IMG/VR virus record: IMGVR_UViG_3300022602_000026
Source: a virus
Taxonomy: Duplodnaviria; Caudoviricetes
DNA: 64,000 nt
Strand: one strand, 5' to 3'
The notes under the pieces are model-generated. The model was not told where the DNA came from and made no database searches. It saw nothing but the letters and a program-made list of their open reading frames with translations. Made by a program: the position numbers and the translations under genes. Positions 55,318 through 64,000 of the stretch are shown here, piece after piece (the stretch's first letter is position 1; every line of letters starts with the position of its first letter).

Positions 55318-56672
55318 TAATTATCGGCCTTTGGTGTTAGGGCAGTACTTAAACTTTGTCGTTCATTTACAGTAGCACCATCATTGTTTACAAATGTATT
55401 TGTATCGTTTAAGAATGTTCCTACCAACGTTTGATTGCTGGCGCCCTGTGTTAGACTTGTGCGTTGTGCATCGTATATGGCCACCCACATTTTTCCATTA
55501 TATTGGAACAAACGATTTGGCAAATAGTCGGTGCGTAAAAAATAAGTATTGGTTCTTGGGCTAACCGGGAACATGATTCCCGACTGTACCGGAGCTCCAT
55601 TTGGAGGAAGTGCTGATCCGGTTAAATATCCAGTGACAGGAGTTCCCAATGTTGCAGGAGCTTCGTCGGCAGTATCAGCAACATCATCGGCAGTATCGCC
55701 AACATCATCAGCAGTTTTGTCGGCTTGAACTGCGATACCTTTGGGCAATGTATACAACGAACTGGTATCGTACCCGCTCAAGGGAACATTTGCAGTTCCC
55801 TCGGCAATGACCGAATCGTTGATCTTTAAATTGGTATCCAGTGTACTTAGAATCTTTCCAATCGGAGTATTGCTATTTCCGGCCATAACGTTGTTAAGAA
55901 TATCTTTGTATTCTTGTGCGTCTACTAGAGGATTTAATTTAACACGCCATAAATGTGGCCACCATGTGGGACTAAATCCCTCGGCAGGCCAACTGCCGTC
56001 ACTGACCACATAAAACCGTTTTAGAGCAGCCGGCACATCTTGATTCAGCGCATCATAATCGGTCAAATGTTGAAATTCTAAAACATCGCCACTCATTAAT
56101 TTGCGCCCGATCAGGTCCACCATATCGCGCAAATGAAACACCATGAACAATGTTCCAGTGGCCAAAAACAATCCAAATTGACTTAGGTCAAAGTCTTGAT
56201 CGGCACGTTGATAAATGCCGCGCATCTTGTAAACATTATTGTCGTATTTTCTATCTCGATTTTCTAACCATAACATATCCTGTATGTTTTGTTCGCTTTG
56301 ATTTGTGTAACTGGGAATACTGGGATTGCTACTGATACCAACCGCAACACCAATTCCCAGTGCCGAAGTTGTGTTTGCACTGATTGTAATAGTGCTGGCA
56401 TCTTTGGCAATTACTGTAGAATTTAAAGGTACTCCAACGGCAGTTACAGTATCGCCAATATTAATATTGGTAGTACTTGGCAAAGTGATAACAGGCCCTG
56501 CACTGCCTTGAGCAGCAGTCGTTGCAAGTTGCGTACCTTGAGTAGTTGGACCCAAGTATTTGTGTAATAGTATACCAGTTCCGCCGAGAGTGAACATTTC
56601 ACTGATACGTCTATCAAAAAATTTATAGTCGTTTGTGTGTCGGCCGTCTTGCCATAAACTTAATCTTGCCAC
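55317..56672 (-). CDS. gp14: Neck / head-completion protein, gp14-like
   Basis: IQDMLWLENRDRKYD…LSQFGLFL…GRKLMSGDVLE…HL; upstream of gp15. Confidence 0.75.
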   Translation of the reverse strand: MARLSLWQDGRHTNDYKFFDRRISEMFTLGGTGILLHKYLGPTTQGTQLATTAAQGSAGPVITLPSTTNINIGDTVTAVGVPLNSTVIAKDASTITISANTTSALGIGVAVGISSNPSIPSYTNQSEQNIQDMLWLENRDRKYDNNVYKMRGIYQRADQDFDLSQFGLFLATGTLFMVFHLRDMVDLIGRKLMSGDVLEFQHLTDYDALNQDVPAALKRFYVVSDGSWPAEGFSPTWWPHLWRVKLNPLVDAQEYKDILNNVMAGNSNTPIGKILSTLDTNLKINDSVIAEGTANVPLSGYDTSSLYTLPKGIAVQADKTADDVGDTADDVADTADEAPATLGTPVTGYLTGSALPPNGAPVQSGIMFPVSPRTNTYFLRTDYLPNRLFQYNGKMWVAIYDAQRTSLTQGASNQTLVGTFLNDTNTFVNNDGATVNERQSLSTALTPKADN

Positions 56673-56705
56673 TGTTTTCCCCAGATTATTGTATATTTAC
56701 CATAT

Positions 56706-56734
56706 TTGACTGGGAATGATTTATCTAGTATAAT
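56706..56734 (+). promoter_or_regulatory. Near-consensus sigma70 promoter
   Basis: TTGACT (56706-11), 17 nt, TATAAT (56729-34). Confidence 0.85.
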
Positions 56735-56741
56735 AGAGATT

Positions 56742-56996
56742 ATGCAGTCACATAGCCCCATGCTCTACAATAGAATCGCAGATGCTCGCCCCATAGTTAG
56801 AAATTTGGGCGATGCCAACCTCAATCTAATGTTTCAAAATTGTGTAGCACTTTGGGCAAAACTAGATGGCGAATTTGTAGAGTGTAGACGCCGAAACAGA
56901 TTAACACAAAAGTACACAGAAATAGCCCAAAATTTGGACGAGGCCCTTGTTGTCTTAGAACAACACTTGACATTTGGCACTTTGCTCAAGATGTAG
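56742..56996 (+). CDS. Small early hypothetical protein
   Basis: The ORF-track start (56706) lies on the -35 box, so ATG 56742 is more plausible; C-terminus ECRRRNRL…EQHLTFGTLLKM. Confidence 0.65.
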   Translation: MQSHSPMLYNRIADARPIVRNLGDANLNLMFQNCVALWAKLDGEFVECRRRNRLTQKYTEIAQNLDEALVVLEQHLTFGTLLKM

Positions 56997-57002
56997 TATA
57001 AT
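56974..57002 (+). promoter_or_regulatory. Sigma70 promoter
   Basis: TTGGCA (56974-79), 17 nt, TATAAT (56997-57002). Confidence 0.7.
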
Positions 57003-57022
57003 ATAGTTTTACAGGAGATAAC

Positions 57023-57820
57023 ATGGCCCGAGGTCAAAAGATGCCAATGCCGTTCGCGGTGTTCAAACAACAATGTGCGGACCGCGGATACACGAATGCT
57101 ATAGATCAAACTCAGTATTCAGATCCGCAGTTTATCTACGCCATGCGTACCAACAACGGTATCAAGTGCGAGATCAAGCCCGACATGTATACTTTAGGGC
57201 TACAAAGCAAGTACCTAGAGGATATACGCATTGCCTGTGAAGCTGAAGGTTACGAATTTACTAAAAAGACCGGCAAGTATTATTGCATCAAACACGAAGA
57301 TGACGATGATTGGTTTGAAGTGTTTTTTGATATTGTGGACATAATTGAAAACATTGAAACAATACCACAAAATCGCAGAACCAGTGCAGTTAAGGTGTTC
57401 ACCAAGGAAGTTGCCGAGCGCAACATCTTTGAAAAGATTGCCAAGCGTTATCGTAACGCCTATGATAACAAAGATCAATATATGCTAGATGCCGCAAGAC
57501 AATTGCTCAGTGGCGATGACATTGATCATTTGCTCACTGTTGGCGAAAGTGTTGCTAGAACTGATACCAATACTTACAGAGAACACATTGTGCCCTGTAT
57601 CTTGATTCACAATCATGCAGTTGAAATGACAGTTAACGGGGCAACCATTGCGGCAGTGGCACAAATGATCAAAAGCAATTTGGCAATTGTGCTAATTACA
57701 ACTGAAGAAGCCGACAAGTTAGATACTGAATTGGGATTACAGACTGTAATGCCCGACGGATGGCAGTTCGGGCAAGACCCTTTTGCCAGGTTAGTGACCG
57801 CTAATATTGCGTTAAAATGA
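57023..57820 (+). CDS. Early hypothetical protein with a REHIVP motif (possible His-Me finger nuclease)
   Basis: 265 aa, SD CAGGAG; YREHIVPC…NLAIVLITTEEADKLD. Confidence 0.6.
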   Translation: MARGQKMPMPFAVFKQQCADRGYTNAIDQTQYSDPQFIYAMRTNNGIKCEIKPDMYTLGLQSKYLEDIRIACEAEGYEFTKKTGKYYCIKHEDDDDWFEVFFDIVDIIENIETIPQNRRTSAVKVFTKEVAERNIFEKIAKRYRNAYDNKDQYMLDAARQLLSGDDIDHLLTVGESVARTDTNTYREHIVPCILIHNHAVEMTVNGATIAAVAQMIKSNLAIVLITTEEADKLDTELGLQTVMPDGWQFGQDPFARLVTANIALK

Positions 57821-57835
57821 ACTAGATGTTATAAT
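57807..57835 (+). promoter_or_regulatory. Sigma70 promoter with extended -10
   Basis: TTGCGT (57807-12), 17 nt including TG, TATAAT (57830-35). Confidence 0.75.
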
Positions 57836-57854
57836 ACTATTTTGGGAGTTAAAG

Positions 57855-59024
57855 ATGGCAACAGTCGCAGGCATTAAGATTAAAACAAAACAAACCAAAG
57901 TTCGTAATCCGGCTTTTCACGATGAAAAGTATACCGGAGGCGAACCTGATTGGGATGCTAGTGATATTGAACTAAGCGATGCCGACTTTGACCACAAACT
58001 TCGTAAAAGTTTTTACTACTACAATTATTACTACAGTCAAAAAGACGCACGTAAAAATGTGATAGAGTGGTTGCGATTACAAACCAAACGCTATACCAAA
58101 GAGCAAATTCGAGCCTTTGAACGCAGTGGCGATCGCAGTATCCCAATGACCGCTTGTTGTATTGTAATGGCGCATATTCGTGCCAACATGCCATTGAAAC
58201 CCAGACACATTGAGTTCTTGGACGAGTGCATTTTAAAAGCAATTGATGGCGCCGATCCCGAAGTTGTTGAAGTTGTTGAAGAAAAAGTCGTAGTAAAAGC
58301 GCCTACAATTCAAGATCGTTTGAATGAGAAAACAAGCGAGATTATCGGCGAGCTAGAAGGGCATTACGATGAAGCAACTCTAAATGTCAAAAGCACATTC
58401 AAGCCGTATGATTATCTTGTCAGCAACAATGTGGTACAAAGCCAATTGGGCAAGTACGAAGCAGTTTACAATGCTCGCAAAGCCGAACTTGAAGCGGCAA
58501 TGGCCAAAAAAGATGCAGACTTAAAAGAGGGGTATTCACACTACAAGGCCGCAGACTTCAAGCGTATGATCAATTGGATTGATAATTTAATAGCTGCGAT
58601 TGAACAATATCGCGGGGTTAAAAAAGCCACAAAGAAAGCCAGAGTTAAAAAGGCTCCCAGCAAAGAAAAGGTAATTGCCAAACTCAAGTACGCTAAAACG
58701 CACGCCGAGCTAAAGATTGTGAGTATCAATCCTGCAGAAATTGTGGGCGCACAAGAACTTTGGATTTACAACACCAAGTATCGCAAGTTAGGCAAGTATG
58801 TTGCTGAAGCATACAAGACCTTGAGTGTGAAAGGTACAAGTATCATCAACTTTGATGAAAGCAAGAGCGTATGCAAGACTTTGCGTAAGCCCGAAGAACA
58901 ACTTAGAGAGTTTGCCAAAGCCGGTAAAGTGCAATTACGCAAGTTTTTGGACGATATCAAGGCCACAGAATCTAAGTTAAATGGGCGTATGAATGCCGAG
59001 ATTGTGTTACTCAAAGTAGTTTAA
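57855..59024 (+). CDS. Conserved T4-like-phage hypothetical protein
   Basis: 389 aa; basic C-terminal domain KLKY…SINP..IVGAQELWIYNTKYRKLG.Y…KGTSI..FD…KTLRKPEEQL, which I recognise from large myoviruses; function unknown. Confidence 0.75.
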   Translation: MATVAGIKIKTKQTKVRNPAFHDEKYTGGEPDWDASDIELSDADFDHKLRKSFYYYNYYYSQKDARKNVIEWLRLQTKRYTKEQIRAFERSGDRSIPMTACCIVMAHIRANMPLKPRHIEFLDECILKAIDGADPEVVEVVEEKVVVKAPTIQDRLNEKTSEIIGELEGHYDEATLNVKSTFKPYDYLVSNNVVQSQLGKYEAVYNARKAELEAAMAKKDADLKEGYSHYKAADFKRMINWIDNLIAAIEQYRGVKKATKKARVKKAPSKEKVIAKLKYAKTHAELKIVSINPAEIVGAQELWIYNTKYRKLGKYVAEAYKTLSVKGTSIINFDESKSVCKTLRKPEEQLREFAKAGKVQLRKFLDDIKATESKLNGRMNAEIVLLKVV

Positions 59025-59039
59025 TCTAGCTCAAACTTT

Positions 59040-59075
59040 AAATCCTGTTATAAATATACTATAACAGGATTTTTT
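59040..59075 (+). promoter_or_regulatory. Late promoter within a 13-bp inverted repeat covering the gp13 RBS; also terminator-like
   Basis: AAATCCTGTTATA (59040-52) / TATAACAGGATTT (59060-72); TATAAATA at 59049-56; AGGA at 59066-69; T-run at 59070-75. Confidence 0.8.
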
Positions 59076-59076
59076 C

Positions 59077-60009
59077 ATGGCTGAATATAGCATACCCAAT
59101 ACAACCCCGCAGATTGATGGCAACTTAACTGTCTTTGGCAGCATGCCAACTGCCAGCCTGTATGATCCAAATACTGGAACTGGCCCGGGCCCAATTCAAT
59201 TTGATCCTACTACATTACCTACCCCGGATCTACAACGTGCGGCTATCACTGATTATATTCGTATGCGTTTGGGTGACGGTATCATTGATGTTGAACTAGA
59301 ACAACAACATTACGAAATGGCAATCAATCAAGCACTTGTCAAATATCGTCAACGTGCCGCCAACAGTGTAGAAGAAAGTTATGCGTTCTTAGACCTATTG
59401 CCTGAAACACAAGAATACATATTGCCCAAAGAAATTATGACAGTACGTGCGGCTTTTAGACGCGGTATTGGAAGTGTGACAGGAACAACAGCCAGTCAAT
59501 TTGAACCGTTTGCATCGGGATACTTGAACACATACATGTTGGTGGCAGGACGTGTTGGCGGACTTACCAACTACGAATTGTTTGTAGACTATCAAAAATT
59601 GGCCATGAAAATGTTTGGCGGACAACTTAATTTTACGTTTAACCCAACAACCAAACGTTTGACAATTGTTCGTAAAATGCCGTATGCTTATGGCGGATCC
59701 ACTGGCAACAGCACCGAACAAAATCCCTATGAATCAGTTTTGCTTTGGGTTTACAATCAAAAACCCGACCAAGTTATATTGAACGATACTTATGCTTTTC
59801 CCTGGGTACAAGAATATGCTTACAGCTTTGCCAAACGCATATTGGGACAAGCATACAGTAAGTTTAATACTATTGCAGGACCACAGGGCGGTACCAGTTT
59901 AAATGGTGCGGCCATGGTAGCAGAAGCACAAACCGAAATGGAAAGATTGGAATACGAGATTGTTAATTACGTTGACAATGGTATGCCGCTAACTTGGGTA
60001 ACAGGATAA
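59077..60009 (+). CDS. gp13: Neck protein (head-tail adaptor), gp13-like
   Basis: DYIRMRLGDGIIDVELE….E.AI..AL..Y…; W…Y..A..K..LG.A.SKF..IAGP.GG..LNG. Confidence 0.85.
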   Translation: MAEYSIPNTTPQIDGNLTVFGSMPTASLYDPNTGTGPGPIQFDPTTLPTPDLQRAAITDYIRMRLGDGIIDVELEQQHYEMAINQALVKYRQRAANSVEESYAFLDLLPETQEYILPKEIMTVRAAFRRGIGSVTGTTASQFEPFASGYLNTYMLVAGRVGGLTNYELFVDYQKLAMKMFGGQLNFTFNPTTKRLTIVRKMPYAYGGSTGNSTEQNPYESVLLWVYNQKPDQVILNDTYAFPWVQEYAYSFAKRILGQAYSKFNTIAGPQGGTSLNGAAMVAEAQTEMERLEYEIVNYVDNGMPLTWVTG

Positions 60010-60012
60010 AAT

Positions 60013-60444
60013 ATGAAAATTAATGAAATTATCACAGAAGATTTGGAATTAAATCAACAGTTTGACCTCATTGAGGAAATGGTTGAAAGCTGGGCTGCAA
60101 CTCACGGAGTTGACAGTGATCTTATTTGGGAAGATATTGAGTCGGTTGATGACGCAGAATTACTTGCCGAAGCCGAAGCTTGGCAAACCAGCAAGGGCAA
60201 AAACAAAAACGGTGGCCTGAATAAAAAAGGTGTTGCCAGTTATCGTAGAAGCCATCCGGGTTCAAAACTACAAACTGCTGTAACTACCAAGCCCAGCAAG
60301 TTAAAGAAAGGCTCAAAAGCTTCAAAGCGTAGAAAGAGTTTTTGTGCTAGAATGAAGGGCATGAAGAAACATCGCGCCGGAGCCAAAACCAAACGAGATC
60401 CAAACAGCAGAATTAATAAAGCTCTAAGAAAGTGGCATTGCTGA
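60013..60444 (+). CDS. Basic hypothetical protein, candidate internal head protein
   Basis: Acidic N-terminal half and very basic C-terminal half ending RRKSFCARM…DPNSRINKALRKWHC. Confidence 0.7.
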   Translation: MKINEIITEDLELNQQFDLIEEMVESWAATHGVDSDLIWEDIESVDDAELLAEAEAWQTSKGKNKNGGLNKKGVASYRRSHPGSKLQTAVTTKPSKLKKGSKASKRRKSFCARMKGMKKHRAGAKTKRDPNSRINKALRKWHC

Positions 60445-60447
60445 TCG

Positions 60448-60496
60448 TTGACACGGCTACATAAAAATGTAATAATGCTCTTACGGGAGCATTATT
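60448..60496 (+). promoter_or_regulatory. Sigma70 promoter overlapped by a 10-bp inverted repeat covering the RBS
   Basis: TTGACA (60448-53), 17 nt, AATAAT (60471-76); AATAATGCTC (60471-80) / GAGCATTATT (60487-96). Confidence 0.7.
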
Positions 60497-60497
60497 C

Positions 60498-61175
60498 ATG
60501 ATTATAGGTATATGTGGTTTTATTGGTTCGGGCAAAGACACTGCCGCTGATTATTTGGTTAACTTTCACGGATATCGTAGAGAAAGTTTTGCAAGCAGTT
60601 TGAAAGATGCAGTTGCAAATGTATTTGGCTGGGATAGGATGTTGCTGGAAGGCAGAACTACTCAAAGTCGAGAATGGCGCGAGCAACCGGATGAATGGTG
60701 GAGCGCAAGATTGGGTCGAGATATTACGCCAAGATACATTCTCCAATACTGGGGCACAGAAGTTATTCGTGATGGCTTTCATGACGACATGTGGATAGCC
60801 AGTTTAGAAAATAAGATTCGAAATAGTCGAGACAATATCGTTATCACAGACTGCAGATTTCCCAACGAGATCAAGGCAATACGAGCACAGGGCGGCAGGA
60901 TAATTTGGGTTCAGCGTGGCCCGTTGCCCGATTGGTATCCAGTAGCAGTTAGAGCAAACGCCGGCGACGCAATGTTCATAGAAAACTTAAAAACTCTAGG
61001 AGTGCATCCCAGCGAAACTGCTTGGGCCGGAACCAAATTTGATGCCGAAATTGACAATAACGAGACCATTGACGACTTGTACACGCAACTTAAAAATCTG
61101 GTACAAGCGAAGCCGGCTTCCAAGGTAGCCGGGACTTATGTACCTCTTGGACGCAGTTTAAACACACAGTCTTGA
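60498..61175 (+). CDS. gp1: Deoxynucleoside monophosphate kinase (T4 gp1-like)
   Basis: IIGICGFIGSGKDT P-loop, FA..LKDA, TPR..LQ.WGTEV.R, VITDCRFPNE, HPSE. Confidence 0.9.
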   Translation: MIIGICGFIGSGKDTAADYLVNFHGYRRESFASSLKDAVANVFGWDRMLLEGRTTQSREWREQPDEWWSARLGRDITPRYILQYWGTEVIRDGFHDDMWIASLENKIRNSRDNIVITDCRFPNEIKAIRAQGGRIIWVQRGPLPDWYPVAVRANAGDAMFIENLKTLGVHPSETAWAGTKFDAEIDNNETIDDLYTQLKNLVQAKPASKVAGTYVPLGRSLNTQS

Positions 61176-61437
61176 GATTAAAGTGATTGTTATTTTTTAA
61201 GTTGCCATCTAAATAATAAACTGCACTCTGTTCCGTTGGGAACTTGAACTTGAAGCCGCATTTTTCACACTGCGGCTTTTTTCTATATCCACTTTTGTAC
61301 CAAGCAGGAACGGCCTTGTCTTTTCGGCCAGCCCGGGCGCAGACATCGCATTTGGATCGATAATGAGTTATATTGTTTTTGATATAATTTATCGCAACCA
61401 ATCGTTGATTACAGGTGGAACATATTTTGCGTGTCAT
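61090..61437 (-). CDS. Zinc-binding HNH-like protein
   Basis: Four CxxC pairs and YLDGNLKNN…NLKTVCLNC; the His of the HNH motif appears to be replaced by Tyr. Confidence 0.6.
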   Translation of the reverse strand: MTRKICSTCNQRLVAINYIKNNITHYRSKCDVCARAGRKDKAVPAWYKSGYRKKPQCEKCGFKFKFPTEQSAVYYLDGNLKNNNHFNLKTVCLNCVQEVHKSRLPWKPASLVPDF

Positions 61438-61548
61438 AGAGTATTTATAGCAGACTCAGAATATAAACCTTTGCAAAGGGCACCCAAAACACCAGAAAAA
61501 TACTATTATATATAAATATCAATAACAGTATTTAAAAGGAAAGTTACT

Positions 61549-64000
61549 ATGGCATTAGTATCCCCAGGCACAAGCATAACAGTTACAGACGAAAGCGCAT
61601 ACGTTTCAAACGCAATCGGAACAGTACCACTAGTTATAATGGCCACCGCAGAAAACAAAACTCTAAATGGCGCATTGTGCACCGGCACAACAGCTGCTAA
61701 TGCAGGGCAATTACAGATTTTTGGAAGTCAACGAGACCTAAGTACCGCAATGGGATATCCAATATTCCAACAAAGCAGTGCAGGAACTCCTTTACATGGA
61801 AACGAATTAAACGAATACGGCCTAATGGCAGCATACAGTGCATTGGGTCTAGGTAATCAGTTATATGCAATTCGTGCCGATATTGATTTAAATCAATTAC
61901 AAGGTACCAGTGTTCGCCCAACAGGCGCAGTAGCAGACGGTACCAATTGGTTTGATCTGGCAGATACAAGTTGGGGGATTTACGAGTGGAGCGCAAGCAC
62001 ACAGAGCTTTACGGCACAAACTCCCACAGTAATTACATCAACATCACAGACCACAACCTCTACACAAGGTAGCTTGACAAACGAGCCAACTCCACTACAA
62101 AGTATTGGTACTGTTGGTAGCTATGCAGTGGTTGCAACAACAATAAACAATCGTGTGTTTTATAAAGCCGGCGACGACAGCGGCGATTTGAACTTAAGAA
62201 GTATTTCTAATACATGGGTATTGGTTGGAACTCCTGCTTGGCACAAGTGCCACCCAACTGTATTGGCTACAACTGCAAATACAACCGCATTGGCTTCATT
62301 GACCAGCAGTGGTAATTTAAGCATTAACGGACATACTGTTACTTTAGGTTCTGTTGCAACAGCAGCAGCATTTGCAGCTAATATTAATAGCGCGGCTATT
62401 ACTGGTATTTCTGCTGACGTGGTCAGCAATCAACTTGCTATTTACAGTGACGGAACTTCAACTGGTCTAAATGCCGGTGATGGTAGAATCGTAATTTCTA
62501 CGGCCTACAATGGTGCAGGTAATACTGCATTAATTAATGCATTGGGTCTAACTTCTGGTACTTATAACAATACCAGTTTCCAATACAGTAACTACGCCAG
62601 TGTTCCATATTGGACCACTGCAGATTCTTATTCAGCCGGAACACCTACTGCCCCTGGATCGGGTGCTGCCCCAAGTGGTAGCGTTTGGTTCAAAGTTGGC
62701 GCAATTGGTGGCGGAGCAAACTTTGTATTCAAAACATACAATGCAACTACACAATTGTGGAATCCAGAAACTTCACAAGCGTACCCAATAACCGCTCAAG
62801 CAATATATGGATTAGATCCAAGTGCTGGCGGAAGCAATATTGCAAAGGGAACAATTTTTCTTGATGAAGATCCAAATCCTGCAGGAACTGGAAAGCTGGG
62901 TTATGCTGGTTTCAAACCAAAAGTTCGCCAAGTCAGCGGACAAGTTAGTGCTACCGGTAGCGCATTGAATCCAACTTTCACAAACGGGTCGATCTTTACA
63001 ATGGCTGTAACTCAGCCCGGAGCAACTACTTCGACAACATATACAATTACTCTTGCAGGCACAGGCGCAACTGATTTCGTAACAGCAATCCTCAAAGCCA
63101 ATATTCCAAATGTAAGTGCACAAGTTAATTCAAATGGCAGCATTACTATTACACATTTAGCTGGTGGCGATATTGTATTAACTCCAAACGGCAGTTATCC
63201 TACAGTGATTAGTGCTGCAGGATTTATCAGCGGTGTTACCAATGTTTATGTATACGGAACAAGCGCAGTAATCAGTGGATTTGCACCGTTAACATATACA
63301 TACAGTGCGACCCAACCAGTTGCAGATCCTGCAAATGGCACATTGTGGTACTACAGTGATCCTACAATTGTTGATATCATGATCAACACTGGAACAACTT
63401 GGAAAGGTTACCAAAATGTAACTTCGGATGCTCGTGGATACAACCTATCAGTAACTGACTCAAATGGTGTCAATGTACAAGCCAGCGCACCAGTAGCACA
63501 AAGCGATGGCAGCAGTCTTGTTGCTGGTGATTTATGGTTGAACACAAGTGATTTAGAAAACTGGCCAGCATTGTATCGTTATAACGGCAGTGCTTGGGTA
63601 TCAATTGATAACACTGACCATGTAAGTCAAAACGGTATCATATTTGCCGATGCACGTTGGGATACAAGTGGTACAACTGATCCTATTAGTGGAACAGAAG
63701 TATTAACCACCGGCACAACTGCATCGCCAAGTCCGTTCCTAACAAGTAATTATGTTGACTTAGACGCACCTAACCCAGAATTATATCCACGTGGTATGTT
63801 GTTATTCAACACACGTCGCAGTGGTTACAATGTTAAGAAATACATTGCAGATTACTTCACCCCAACTGCATTTAATGTAGCAAACTGGAGTAGCACTACA
63901 ACCTATAACACAGGTTCAACAGTGTACTACGGATCAACAATTTATGTTAGCTTGCAAAATTCTAACACAAATCAGAATCCAGCATCGCAGACAACTTACT
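61549..64000 (+). CDS. gp18: Tail sheath protein, truncated at the right edge
   Basis: MALVSPGTSITVTDES… matches the gp18 N-terminus; TATAAATA at 61511-18 and SD AAGGA; the frame appears to continue to the window end. Confidence 0.85.
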   Translation, partial: MALVSPGTSITVTDESAYVSNAIGTVPLVIMATAENKTLNGALCTGTTAANAGQLQIFGSQRDLSTAMGYPIFQQSSAGTPLHGNELNEYGLMAAYSALGLGNQLYAIRADIDLNQLQGTSVRPTGAVADGTNWFDLADTSWGIYEWSASTQSFTAQTPTVITSTSQTTTSTQGSLTNEPTPLQSIGTVGSYAVVATTINNRVFYKAGDDSGDLNLRSISNTWVLVGTPAWHKCHPTVLATTANTTALASLTSSGNLSINGHTVTLGSVATAAAFAANINSAAITGISADVVSNQLAIYSDGTSTGLNAGDGRIVISTAYNGAGNTALINALGLTSGTYNNTSFQYSNYASVPYWTTADSYSAGTPTAPGSGAAPSGSVWFKVGAIGGGANFVFKTYNATTQLWNPETSQAYPITAQAIYGLDPSAGGSNIAKGTIFLDEDPNPAGTGKLGYAGFKPKVRQVSGQVSATGSALNPTFTNGSIFTMAVTQPGATTSTTYTITLAGTGATDFVTAILKANIPNVSAQVNSNGSITITHLAGGDIVLTPNGSYPTVISAAGFISGVTNVYVYGTSAVISGFAPLTYTYSATQPVADPANGTLWYYSDPTIVDIMINTGTTWKGYQNVTSDARGYNLSVTDSNGVNVQASAPVAQSDGSSLVAGDLWLNTSDLENWPALYRYNGSAWVSIDNTDHVSQNGIIFADARWDTSGTTDPISGTEVLTTGTTASPSPFLTSNYVDLDAPNPELYPRGMLLFNTRRSGYNVKKYIADYFTPTAFNVANWSSTTTYNTGSTVYYGSTIYVSLQNSNTNQNPASQTTY

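Noticed and set aside
60492-60782. 96-aa minus-strand ORF opposite the dNMP kinase
   Set aside because: Antisense to a well-conserved enzyme, with no supporting signals.
61090-61437. HNH gene as an active mobile homing endonuclease
   Set aside because: The expected catalytic His appears to be Tyr (VYYLDGN), and it does not interrupt a gene; kept only as an HNH-like CDS.
1-64000. Stop-codon reassignment, as in some jumbo phages
   Set aside because: Long ORFs are intact in the standard code, and TAG and TGA both end well-defined genes (gp21 and the 56742 ORF end in TAG; gp47 and gp26 end in TGA).

Overview
This 64-kb window is part of a large T4-like (myovirus, probably jumbo) phage genome in the standard genetic code. 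No tRNA, rRNA, CRISPR array or integrase was seen. From left to right it holds: a minus-strand baseplate block (large wedge protein running off the left edge, gp6, gp25, a multi-enzyme gp5-like spike, hub, gp53, tube initiator); a plus-strand block with gp55 late sigma factor, gp47, gp46, a radical SAM protein and a GIY-YIG nuclease; gp51/gp26; a tape-measure-like gene; the head module (portal, core protein, protease, scaffold, major capsid); a 15-kb array of modular fibre genes ending in a lectin-like and a Maf-like gene; Nudix, gp15, gp14; a small early-gene island; gp13, dNMP kinase, an HNH gene and the tail sheath running off the right edge. The most unusual element is a 6.5-kb cassette between gp47 and gp46, joined to both by overlapping or abutting start/stop codons. 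It encodes three paralogous adenylate-forming (ANL) enzymes alternating with two signal-peptide-bearing Bug/TctC solute-binding proteins, with no membrane transporter partner in the window. Other notable items are a 456-bp highly structured, pseudoknotted intergenic region after the GIY-YIG gene, a spike with three predicted peptidoglycan-degrading domains, two promoter/RBS hairpin switches, frequent apparently leaderless genes, and a small gene bracketed by identical 30-bp terminators. All protein family calls come from motif recognition by eye; no searches were run.
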